Below, in pieces: positions 52,947 through 64,000 of a stretch of 64,000 bases of DNA (position 1 is its first letter; every line of letters starts with the position of its first letter). Made by a program: the position numbers and the translations under genes. The notes below the pieces were generated by a model. The model made no database searches, was not told where the DNA came from, and saw only the letters and a list, made by a program, of their open reading frames with translations. Where the stretch lies: NCBI RefSeq assembly GCF_018977255.1, contig NW_024704743.1, positions 95,420,001 to 95,484,000 of the forward strand. Direction: 5' to 3'. This stretch comes from Callorhinchus milii (taxonomy: Eukaryota).

Positions 52947-54194
52947 GCCTCTGTTCTGGTTAATATTTGCTTCCTGTGCATGATCTGCTGAGAAGGGGCG
53001 AAATATGTGCCCTCCGAACCAAAAGTCAACAGTAACCATTACGTCTGGAATAGCAACTTTAATGTCAGGATGACAACCCAAAGTGCTTCACAGGACATAC
53101 TGTGAAGTGTAGTGACTATGTTTTGTGGGAAAACATGGCAGCCAATTTGTGCACAGCATTGTCCCACCATGTGCTACAGCTCACAATTCAGAGTCAGAAA
53201 GCTCACAGGAGAGTCTGCACAAATTAAGTCCCATTCAGCTCCTATTAACCATGCAAGCCAAAGCCCTAATGGGTGGGTGATCCAAGCTAGACAAGCAGCA
53301 GGAAGCTTACCAGACATTGCTTTCAATGGCAAGCTATGTGGTTTTAGTTGGTTAAACTCTAGGAGTACACCAACATTCATCCTTGGATCTCCAAGCCTTG
53401 GGTCTTGCCAACCTGCACCTATATTTTCCAAAATTAGGTAAGGAGGGAGTATCCCTTCAGGGAGCGAGTGCACATTCCATTCCAAGCATGAGAGTTTCCA
53501 TTTGTAGGTGGAAGTGGCATACAAGGAACTCTCAGTCTGGTTTGGATAATCTTTAGCAAAGTGATGAGTTTACGCATGTGTCAAGATACAAGACTGACCT
53601 ATAAAGAAACCAAGGCCATAACAAGATTACAATCATGAACATTTTCCACAAGGGGTCCTGATCAATATAATCACCATATCGTACGGCTCACAATTCAGAA
53701 CCAGAAAGTACACAGAAGAGTGTGTACAAAAGACATCTTATTACTTAATCCATGCCACTAAAACTCAACATGTGTACAAATAGACTACATGTCAACAGGC
53801 TGCATCAGCAATCAACACCACAGCACTCTGAAATGCCAGAAGATTTCTAAATAGTCATCTCCAGAGTTTTATTGGAATCCATTCATAAGCTGTGAAGAAC
53901 TTGAGGAGCTCATGAGTGGAAATGTCTCCACACTGATGGCAGACAGCAGAAACCTACTCACATCTAACACTCAAGGGTATTTGAAATCTGGTAATCTAAG
54001 ACTCTAAGGAATGCTTCAACGCAATCTATTTTCAAAGAGGACCTCCCTTGAGTCACTGTAATATGTGCTAATCGTTATTGGGAAGAGTTCTCACTCAGAT
54101 TTCTTAATGAAGAAATACCATGAAGAAATACCGCAAAATTGACCACAGCATATTATCAAAATGCTTTCAACATATGTTATGTAATGTATGTTAA

Positions 54195-54408
54195 CCCTAT
54201 CCCACAATCCTTTCACCTCACCCCCTCTCTTGCCTCCTTCAAGTCCTTCCTCTTCAACCGTGCCTTTGGCCACCCCCACCGCCCCTGCCCTCCACCCCTC
54301 CTGACACCAACTCCCAGCTCGAGTCCAAAAACCCGATTGTCCAGCGCCCTGGGATGTCTTTCTGACGTGAAGGGCGCTATCCAAGTGTAATTTGTTGTTG
54401 TTGCTGTT
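54195..54408 (+). mobile_element. L2 3' end
   Basis: IPQSFHLTPSLASFKSFLFNRAF followed by the L2 tail. Confidence 0.8.
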
Positions 54409-56949
54409 AATTATTGTGTTCACATCCACATGGCATTAGCCAAACCAAATCCTCTTTCATTCAAACCTGATATTGTAAATTGCACCTTCACCTTTGCATC
54501 CTTCGTACTTTCATTTTGAAATAACTATGGTCCATTCACAATGTGTATTTTTAACCTCGAATTCAACAAACAGGTGGCTCCCATGCTGATCTCCTGCAAT
54601 CTGCCCAAATATTTAAACATTGGTGTAACAAGCAAAATATGACACCCCACTGAAAGGAAATTTGAAACTACAGTACTGAATCATTTTATAGTACAGATAG
54701 GTTCCTCGGCCTGCTAATAGCACATGCAAGTTTATCATAGTAACTAATTATATTAGCGGAACACCCTTTCACCTGTTTATTCAACACCAAATAAGGTACG
54801 AACCAACAGTTCTAGACAGCTGTACTCAGTCACTCTGTGTCTGGAGGAGGGTGTGTGTTTCAGCTGTGGGACCCCAGAGCATTGTACTGCATTTTAGAGT
54901 TCTGTGAGATATCTATTTTGGGCTGAGGTATTAGAAGGGGCTAATCCTCATATTCTGTTGGGAGCTGTACATAGCTGAAGCTTAGTCAGAGAGTCATAAT
55001 TGGGACTACAAGGCTTGAATCCCCTTGCATTATGATTTTCCAATTGTAACTCCAAATGAAGCCTTTTTATTTTCCTATCTAATTCACCAGCCAAAAAGTA
55101 TCAGAGAACAGTTATCTAACAGGGATTCATTCATTACCTAATTTCCCAGATAACACTTTAACACAAAATGGTTTGATTCGTTGGCTAATGCTCAAGGGAG
55201 ATTTGAAAATTAGATAATATTCAATAGTACAATATTCAAAACTACAACAACAAATTTGTATAGCGTTGTTCACATCATGAAAACATCCCAAATTAGATAT
55301 TAGAAGAAGTTGGATACTACAGTACAGTCACTTCATCACTGAGAAATAACTATGAATTCAGCCTGGACAAAAATCTCTTTATGCTTGATAGTTTCTTTAA
55401 AATAAAAACTGTGTGAAATATGTTTAAGAAGTTTTAAAGTTAGGCATAGCTCACAGGACAAAATTGTGCCTAACTGGCACAAAACTGTTTTGGGAATGCG
55501 GTAAATCCCAGAGAATATGTAGTTGAAAGTTCGAACTCAGTCTGTTTAATTGTGTGATCTTTACGCCAATATTTAAATCTCTACAACTTTTCACTTTTTT
55601 AAAATCTTGTTACTTTGCAAGTATTAACCCAGTTTATTTGTGCAAAGTGATAATCTTCAAAATAATGTAAAGATTTAATGCTTCAACTAACCGTCCTCCC
55701 ACTCAATGCCTCTTTGTGTTGTTGAACTGGAAAAAAATTACAGTGAAGTTCATTTGTACAAGGACACAACAAAGGGGCATAATTATTCAAAGGGCAAAAT
55801 TGGCAATCAAAAAAGTAGACAGTTGATCCAATGTGACTGAGGATCTATTTAAGAGAATGAAGGCTACAAAAAGAATGCTTGTTGAGAGTAACAGGGTTTA
55901 CTGGAACAGACATATATATATATATAGATTTGTTTCTCTTTTTAGATCTCTGTCACTGCTGCCAACTCTCGGATGGATAAGCTGATCTCCAGGTCTCTCC
56001 TGGGATCACTCTTTAATATACTGCTGCAGTCTTTCTACTCTCTTTCTCCAGATACAATGGATAGTGAAAGGAATTCACAGATGTGGAACTAGATAATTAC
56101 TAGATTCCTAGAGGAACTTGATAACATATCTAAAATGAATAAGCTACAGGGGAAAGGACATGTAAATGGACCTGAAAGGATTACTCTTAAAAGTGCCAGC
56201 ACAGACTGCTGGGGTAAATGGCTTTCTTCTGTACTGTAAATATCTATGGTTTGCCCACAAAATATACAGTTAATTCACTTTACAGTATATTCTGTGAAGC
56301 GTTTTGAGACGTCTTGAAGACATGATAAGGCGCTATATCTCAAGGATTATTATTCTATGTGCAAAGTGAGAAAATAAGCAAATATCACAGAATTGTATAG
56401 AACATTACAGCATGGAAAACAGATGTTTAGCTTTGCCTGTGTTTATAATCCACATGAGGATCCACATTTCCCAATTCCCCCCTCTCATCCCACTCTACTC
56501 TCATCTCCCTCATTGATACATTGAGTTTTCTCTTAAATACACTGCTGCTTTCTGCTTCAACTGCAGCAGTAAGTTCCAAATATCATCTATTGGCCACATG
56601 CTGTACGTCCCACTGTCATTAATTGAGGGTTGCAGAGTCAGAATTAACTGAACAGATTGAGCTGTACTAGTCTCAAACCTTAAAACTATTTAAAAATGAA
56701 ATGCTGCACGTGTAGCTAATGTGCTAATTTTAAAGATGTTAATGGCTTCATTAAAGCTACTAAATTATAAAGGTGACTCTTTTTGATAATGGATAAAACT
56801 TTTTCTTCTCCTTCCAATCATCTCCTCTTCAAATTCTTCACCTCATTCCTCTAGTTTTAAATGTTACTTTCTTTTACAAGCAACTCTTTACCCCATTTTT
56901 CCTGCCAACCCCAGATGAAACCAATATGTCCATGATGTATCTCAGTCTG

Positions 56950-57245
56950 CATAATAATAATAAGAATCCTTGCATTCGGTATCACGCCTTTAATGTCGGG
57001 AGGATATCTCAAAACATTTCACTGAATTTAATGTAAAGTGGAGTGACTGTATTTTGTGGGTAAACAGTGCTGCCAATTTGTGCACAACAATATCCTCCAA
57101 ACAGCCATGAAATGAATGACCAATTTTATGAGGTGGATTGTTGCCCAGGACATTGGAAGAAACTCCCTTCGCTTTTCGAATTATGTCTTGGGATCTTTGA
57201 CGTCAACCTGGATGGGGTCCATGGTTTAACATCTTATCCCCGCAT
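56950..57245 (-). mobile_element. Older Deu-SINE fragment
   Basis: Tail and core homology to 20488-20927. Confidence 0.7.
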
Positions 57246-58987
57246 CCTGCAATGTTGTACCCAAGCAAGTACCTATCCAGTTCATTTTTGAAGGAGTTAG
57301 TCCTAATCATGACACCCTCAACCTTAATTTTTCCAGTGAAAACAAATTCTTGACTCTTGATGAAGAAATTATGAAATTGATATTTGAGGACTGACATGTT
57401 GTCTGTGCTGCGCTGTTGCAGGAAATCACTATGAGAAGCACAGGTTAAGTTGGGGTTGTGCAGTGGGACAGCAAAGCAGATGCTAGGTGGAGCCAAATTG
57501 TCAGTATCACCTTAAGTAGATATTTTCAACAACACAACTGCAGGATAATGCGGAGTGTGGGATTCAGGCAATGTTGAGACATCACTGTTCAAACCATTTT
57601 ATTATCGTAGTTAAAAAGAGTCAGCACCTTAATAACTTAAGAATTTAAAAAGTCGCATCCTGTATTAAGTGCTGTGCACATGAAAAATGCTCCTCACCCT
57701 GGCCAGTGATTATATGAGAAACTAGGTGCTGTCCTACAGGGAGAGGAGCAGCCAGAGAACCCATTATGCTAGCTCACACCACCTTGGTGGCGGAAACCAG
57801 GGAGCTTCTAACTTGGCACCCTCAATCCCCCCGCTCCCCCCCACCCCCCGCCCCTGACAAAACATGATGTGCAAACACACGGAAGCAGTGAGAGTTAATG
57901 CAACAGAGAAATACTGTATCACCTTGAAGACTAGCTCTTCAGCAAGTGAATCTTCAGAGAAGAAAAAGGAAATGATAGTCTCCAAACTGGAGAGTGGGAA
58001 AATGAGTTGGGCTGGCGGTATTCTCTCCTGAATTTAGAAAGGGGGTTGGGAGTTTTTAAGACTTCAACCTGAGGAAAGAAGATCTTTATTCTGGGTAGAT
58101 CTTGTGTCTAGGTATATGATAACTAAACTACTGCTGCTGTGAATCTGCTCAATTTGTATTATTCCATGTTAATTTCACAGCCTGGTGTAACTCTGTCATC
58201 CAGGTGTCTGTGGAAAATACTACAATGACTTGGTGGTAACTGAATGATTACTACTTAGTTACTGCCGAAATAGCCTTAGAAGCCATAGACGCAACAGTGC
58301 AACCAAAGAGAATTTCAGACTGAACGTTATGATTGATATAGAAGATTTCACTTACACCATTCCATAATATTTACCTTAACTGGATTTCTTCTGCTAAGTG
58401 CTTTTGCTTGCAAGCCAAAATACTTTGTAACTGTCACTACACAGCAATTCTGTGCCAAATACGCACCTCAAGGGTTAGGCTTGTGGCTTGGTTTATAGTT
58501 CAGAAACCAGTAGCATTTCTCAGTTTTCACAAGATTTTATAAATAGACAATTTCTATCGTAGAAGAAAAAAGACCTCTTCACCATTGAAAAACCCAACTT
58601 GGTATCGTATCAAAGCAGGCGGTGGCAGAGGAGGCTGCTATGGATTAAACATGGATTTAGACAATATTAAAATTGAGTCAGACGCTGCTTGGTGGGAGTG
58701 GGGGAGTCTGTTCTTACGTCTGTCGGGGCTAGATGAGCGGACTGCACTGGAACATCCCAAAATATGTCTTTGAGACTTCTTGCTCATTGTCTAACATTCC
58801 TGAGTCATTTTAATCCCTTGGGACATATCTAGTTCCTTTTTGAAACCTTTATGCTTGCTTGTTCTGCTATCTACGCTGGTAGTGTGTTCCACATGCTATT
58901 ATTCTTTAACTAAAACTATTCTCCTGCATGTAAAAAATAGGTGCCAGAGGGGAAGTCTCTGGTTGAACAGTAGGACCATTTAAAAGT

Positions 58988-59342
58988 GGAGTCCCATATC
59001 GTAGTGGCTAGCATGCTCAAGAGGACCCGGTTTGATTCCCAGTCAGGGTGAAACCTTAGGCAAGTTTCCTTACTCCACGTCTCTGTTTCTCTGCAGTAAG
59101 TAGGAACCCGGTTGTTAGTCGATTGGTGTATCGCTTTCCGGAGGTAATAATCCCTCAAATAGAAAACTGTGGTCACTCAATCCACGATTTTTTGTGGGAC
59201 ACTGCTGTGGGCAATTAGATGCCACGTTTAACCCACAAAAACACAGTCAATCCACTTTACAATATATTCTGTGAAGCACTTTGAGACGTCTCAACGATGT
59301 GATAAGGCGCCATATCAAATGCAAGGATTATTATTATTTATT
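58988..59342 (+). mobile_element. Young tRNA-derived SINE (long variant)
   Basis: ggagtcc head, gcagtaagtaggaacccggttgttagtcgattgg module, (TTA)n tail. Confidence 0.85.
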
Positions 59343-59429
59343 GCTCTGGTAGCTTTATCCACTGGGCCCCCAGAACCATTTGCAAATCATCTTAAAAGTA
59401 ATTCATTTTCTAAACAGTTCTGCTCACAT

Positions 59430-59860
59430 TTCATTAATTAATAATCCTTAAATATAATATAGCGCATTTTATATTACAAGGTCATCTCAAAACGCTCCAC
59501 AGAATACACTCTTGAGTGAAATGACTGTATTTGTATGTAAACATGACAGGTAATTTGACCCACAAACAGCCCGATGTGAATGACAAATTTTATTTGGCGT
59601 GTTGTTGTTCAGGACACCAGAAAAAACTCCTTTTTCAAATAGTACCATGGGATCTTTAACATCTACTCGAACAGGCAGACAGGTCCTCAGTTTAACATCT
59701 CATCCAAAGTACAGCACCTACAGCAATTCAGCACATCTCTCCCCAACACTGCACTGGAGTGTCAGCCTGGCTTGTGAGCTCCAAGTCTCATTATGGGACT
59801 TGAACCCACAACCTTCTGACTCAGAGGCGAAAGTGCTACCAATTGAGCCAAGGTTCACAC
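59430..59860 (-). mobile_element. Older Deu-SINE, near full-length
   Basis: Minus-strand head ggctcaattggtagcactttcgcctctgagtcagaaggttgtgggttcaagtccc. Confidence 0.8.
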
Positions 59861-59900
59861 AGCAACATTTTGCATCATTTAGTCACTGAATTGCTTATTA

Positions 59901-60120
59901 CAGTAAACTCCTGATAACTCATCACTCCAAGGGAAAGGGGCTCAACGACTAGTTATCCGGAGTGCCAAGTTAGGCGTGGGTCTTCCCAAGCTACAAGGGG
60001 CTGCTGTAACTGGTGTGGACGCTTGGTGGAGGTTGAGCATGCACATGTTAAGTGGAGTGACAAGTAAAGCAAAGTCCTTTATTTGCATTTTGCATGGGAA
60101 ACGGCCGGGATATTGACGAA
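59901..60120. mobile_element. Tigger/pogo-like MITE, partial
   Basis: TA|cagtaaactcctgataactcatcactccaaggg...cggccgggatattgac. Confidence 0.6.
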
Positions 60121-61245
60121 GGGTGGAAACATGGAAACTGCACTGCTAACTTCTCAATAATAAATGCCATCTGTTAAGTGTCTGTAAGTAGTTATTTATT
60201 GTTCAGTTCACTTATATTACAAAAATACCACATTAGCTTATTTAGCCAGTCAAAGAGAAAACATCTATAGCATGTGTAAAAATAGAAATTGTAATAGTTC
60301 ATCGTCTGACCTGCCCTGGTCCAAAACTAACCATATGTTTGAATATGACTTTCAGCGTGAGCCAATTAAATAATAAATAAGAAGTTTTGAAATGCTTTAC
60401 AGATACCATATGTTTACTATTTAGCAAAACATAGTCAAGCGGTTTCCAGGCTCCCCGTGATGTGAAGGGAGCCTATTGTGTTTGTCTCTAACTCGTCTGG
60501 AGGAGACAGGAGTTTAGTATTATGGTTGCACCAAAATGAAGAGTTCCTCGAGAAACATGAGTGGAATAAATCATCATTACACAGGAAGTAATGTCGGGGT
60601 CAAATTTCCTGTCTGTGATATTCACCACATGAATTGGGCTGCTGAAGAACTTGCTCCCTCGTGTCTCTCTAAATGGTAAAGTCAGAGAAGCGAGGCTGCC
60701 ATTGACTCATGTTTCATTGACACACACTATACAGTATATTCTGTGAAGCGCTTTGAGACGTCTCAATGATGTGATAAGGCACTATATCAAATGCAAGGAT
60801 TATTATTATTATGTTTTATTTGTATTAAACTGGTATTTCTTCACCAGCAATTGATCTAGCTTCAGATCTGGCTTCTCGATATTCAAAATGAGAACAGCAT
60901 AAGGGGGCTCATTTTGTTCCACCTTATTTGATCCGATAACCATTGACTACATCAAATCCCGCATTTACTGAAATCTGAACTGCGTTATATTCATTTATAA
61001 AAAGAACTTCAAAATCTGAGGAAACCCTGCAATCAATGGCACTTTAGATTTGCAAGCTTCTTTATGTCCAGGTCAGAGAAGTGAACTGCAATGTTGGGGG
61101 ACAATAAAAGTAGTTCTGCACATATGTGTCTGTATGTTTTGTACCTATTTTAGCACAACTATGAAATGACAGCAAGCTGTGTCTTTTCTTGATAGTTATA
61201 GTTTAGGATTCAAGAGCGGAAAAGAGATTATAACAGAGAAATGTT

Positions 61246-62612
61246 CAACAACAAAACAACTTGCAATTATATAGCGCTCTACACCCAGGGTAGTGTTTTA
61301 GAGCGCTTATCAATGGCGGAGCCTGACTGAGCTGGGGAAGGGGGTGTTTTGGGGGAGGTGACCGTAATCACGGTCGAAAAGGAAGGTTTTCAGGCGGGTC
61401 TTCAAAAAGAGGAGAATGGGGGCAAGGTGGATGGATTGAGGGAGAGTGTTCCACAGTTTTGGGGCATAGTGGCTGAAAGTGTGACCTTCAGTGGTGGGGC
61501 AGAGGGTACAAGGGACGAGCAGAAGGCCGGAGCCAGTCGAGCAAAGGCGCTGGGTGGTGGATTGGGGAGTGAGGAGGTCAGAGAGGTAGGGAGGTGCCAG
61601 GGTGTGAATGGATTTGAACACGAGGGTGAGGATGTTGAAGTCGATCCATTCAGTGATGGCTAGTGGAGCCTGGCTAGAACTGGTGAGATGGGGGTACAGT
61701 GTTGGGTCCGGGTCAGAATGTGGGCAGCAGAGTTCTGAATGAGCTGGAGCTTTTGAATAATGGAGCTGGGGAATGCATTTGAGTAATCTAGACAGGAGGT
61801 GATAAATGCAGGGCTGAGGGTTTCAGTTGCATTTGGGGTAAGGTGCGGTCGGAGGTGGGCAATGTGGCGGAGGTGGAGGAAGCCGGTCCTGGTCAGGGAC
61901 CAGATGTGGGGGAGGAAGGACAGCTGGGAGTCAAATCGGACGCCTAGATTCGTTACGGGTTCAGTGAGTCTGAAGGAGAGCCCAGGGAGGGTGAGGAGTT
62001 TAGATGAGCAGGAGTGAAGACAATGAGGGGAACCAAGAAGTATGGCTTCCGTCTTGTGTATATTCAGCTGCAGGAAGTTTGCACTCATCCAGGCCTTAAT
62101 GTCTGCCAGACAAGCTGATAGAATATCAGCGGACCTGGAGTTGATGCTGAAGGAGGCAAAGTAGATTTGAGTGTGATCCTCATACATGTGGAAGTTTACT
62201 CCATGCATTCGGATGACATCGCAAAGTGGGAGCATATGGATGAGGAAAGGAAGGGGGCCAAGGATGGAGCTCTGGGGTACCCCGCAGGTGACCGGGGCGG
62301 GGATTGGAGGAGAAACCATTTGCTAAAATGAAGTGGAGGCGGTTGGTTAAGTAGGACTCGAACCATGCGAGTGCGGTCCCACTAAGGCGGATGAGGGAGG
62401 AGAAGCGGTGGAGGAGGATGGCGTGGTCGACTGTGTCGAATGTGGAAGAGAAATCCAGGAGGACGAGGAGGCAAAAGGAAGTCCTCGTCACAGATAGAGA
62501 GGACGTCGTTTGTGACTTTGACAAGCGCTGTCTCTGTGCTGTGGGCAGGGCAAAAACCAGACTACAGGAGCTCGAGGAGGAAGTGGAGGGAAAGGTGTGT
62601 CCGAAGTTGACC
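61246..62612 (-). mobile_element. L2 LINE, RT domain to 3' tail
   Basis: LVLLDFSSTFDTVDHAILL, GVPQSSILGP, HMYEDHTQIY, NLGVRFDSQLSF, APKLWNTLP; frameshifted. Confidence 0.93.
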
Positions 62613-63389
62613 TGAGAGAAAACAACAACAACTTGCATTTATATAGCGCCCTTCAAGCGGGTTAGCATCCCAGAGCGCATAACCTGTCACATTCACTCAC
62701 TCTCTCCTCTCGCTCACACTTTCTCACACAATCTAGAGTGAACAGCAAAGCACTCGGTTTAACATCTCATCCGAAGGACAGCATCTCTGAAAAGTGCTAC
62801 CAACCTGAGCCAGACTCCATTCTCACCACATCTCAATGATTTATTTTAAAGCTTTTTTAAAAAAAATCTCCTTTATCTTCAGCCTTCATTCCTCCACCCC
62901 CCCACCCCCAACTCAAGTGTGACTGAGAACTCAGTCTGCTAGAGTAGAATTACAACTTCAGAAATCTCATAGAAATCCTCCACATGAACTGCGGTCATGC
63001 AGAAAGTCCGGAATGAAACTGCTGAGCTGGGAAACGTACAATAAATATTTCTCAGGCACTACACACTTATCCCAGTCTAATTTCTATGCAAATTAATTAT
63101 ATTTCAGAAGTAAATTTCACGAGCTGACATGTTTTCCTTATTCAATAATAAACCTTAAGAAAACTTTAAAATAGAACCAAGCTGGCAAGATTCATTGAGA
63201 CATTGTCTCTCCCTTCACAGTTAATAAATACTTTCAAAATATTTACCCAGAAGAAAACTGGAGCTGTCAGCTAAGTACGAGATCCAGATGCAATCCCAGC
63301 AGGACACTACAGCCAGAGGTAAGAGAGGAAGCAGCACAAGCAAAGATAATGTGCCAAATGGAGCAAGCTAACAGTGGAAGTCATTTACA

Positions 63390-63900
63390 TAACTTGGCTG
63401 CCACATTTCGTCCACAAAATATACAGTCAATTCACTTTACAGTATGTTCAGTGAAGCGCTTTGAGACGTCTCAAAGACGTGATAAGGTGCTATATCAAAT
63501 GCAAGGATTATTATTTTTTGATATTTTCTACCCTCATTAAGAACATGGTAAGTGTAGAAATCATAATAATCCTCGCATTTGATATCACACCATACCATAG
63601 ATACATCTCAAAGCTTCACAGTATTTATTGTAAAATGTAATGGGTGAACACGGCAACCAATTTGCAGACAGTGATGTCCCACAAACAACTGAGAAGGGAA
63701 TGTCCAATTTTCTCTGGGGGATTGTTGGCCAACACACCAGAGAAATCCCTTCTCCTTTTGAATTGTGTCATGGAATCTTTCACGTCCACTACACTACAGT
63801 GCCAGCCTGATCCGTAAGCTCAAAGTCCAATATGGAGCTTGAAACCACAACCTTCTTGACTCACAGGGGAGAGTGCTAGCCACTAAGCCAGACTGACGCC
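63390..63900. mobile_element. 3' half of a young SINE (+, 63390-63515) and an older Deu-SINE (-, 63560-63900)
   Basis: Tail and core homology to the other copies. Confidence 0.72.
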
Positions 63901-64000
63901 AACTATTCAAGTTATTTACCTAAGCGGTCTGTTGTTTTACCTTGACATTTGACCGATTTTCTAGCCTCATTAAGAACAAAACCAGAGGCATCATTATACA

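Noticed and set aside
40300..64000. Additional coding exons or upstream NCALD 5' UTR exons
   Set aside because: No non-TE ORF with recognisable homology. Short non-coding exons cannot be identified reliably without transcript data.

Overview
Vertebrate genomic DNA. The repeat complement (young L2 LINEs with (TTG)n tails, tRNA-derived Deu-type SINEs, shark-type CR1 3' ends) points to a cartilaginous fish, possibly a chimaera; this taxon call is inference. Two genes sit tail-to-tail. The last two coding exons and 3' UTR of GRHL2 are on + (1006-1070, 1763-1877, poly(A) signal 2930). The complete 193-aa neurocalcin-delta CDS (NCALD) is on - in three exons (19455-19078, 13554-13449, 13032-12935). 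A candidate NCALD CpG-island promoter and non-coding first exon lies at about 39.2 kb, with a perfect CRE, an E-box, a splice donor and a uORF. The rest is intronic or intergenic and dense in L2, CR1, two SINE families and hAT/Tigger-like MITEs. Almost all ORFs in the supplied track are spurious or LINE fragments. The most notable non-gene signals are: a 103-bp insert carrying a degenerate Penelope-type minimal hammerhead ribozyme motif; a modular SINE family sharing its tail with a young L2; unclassified repeats; a possibly very long NCALD 3' UTR; and a 1-kb gap-flanking duplication that is probably an assembly artefact. I found no convincing wholly new biological system. Exon coordinates are exact; repeat boundaries are approximate.
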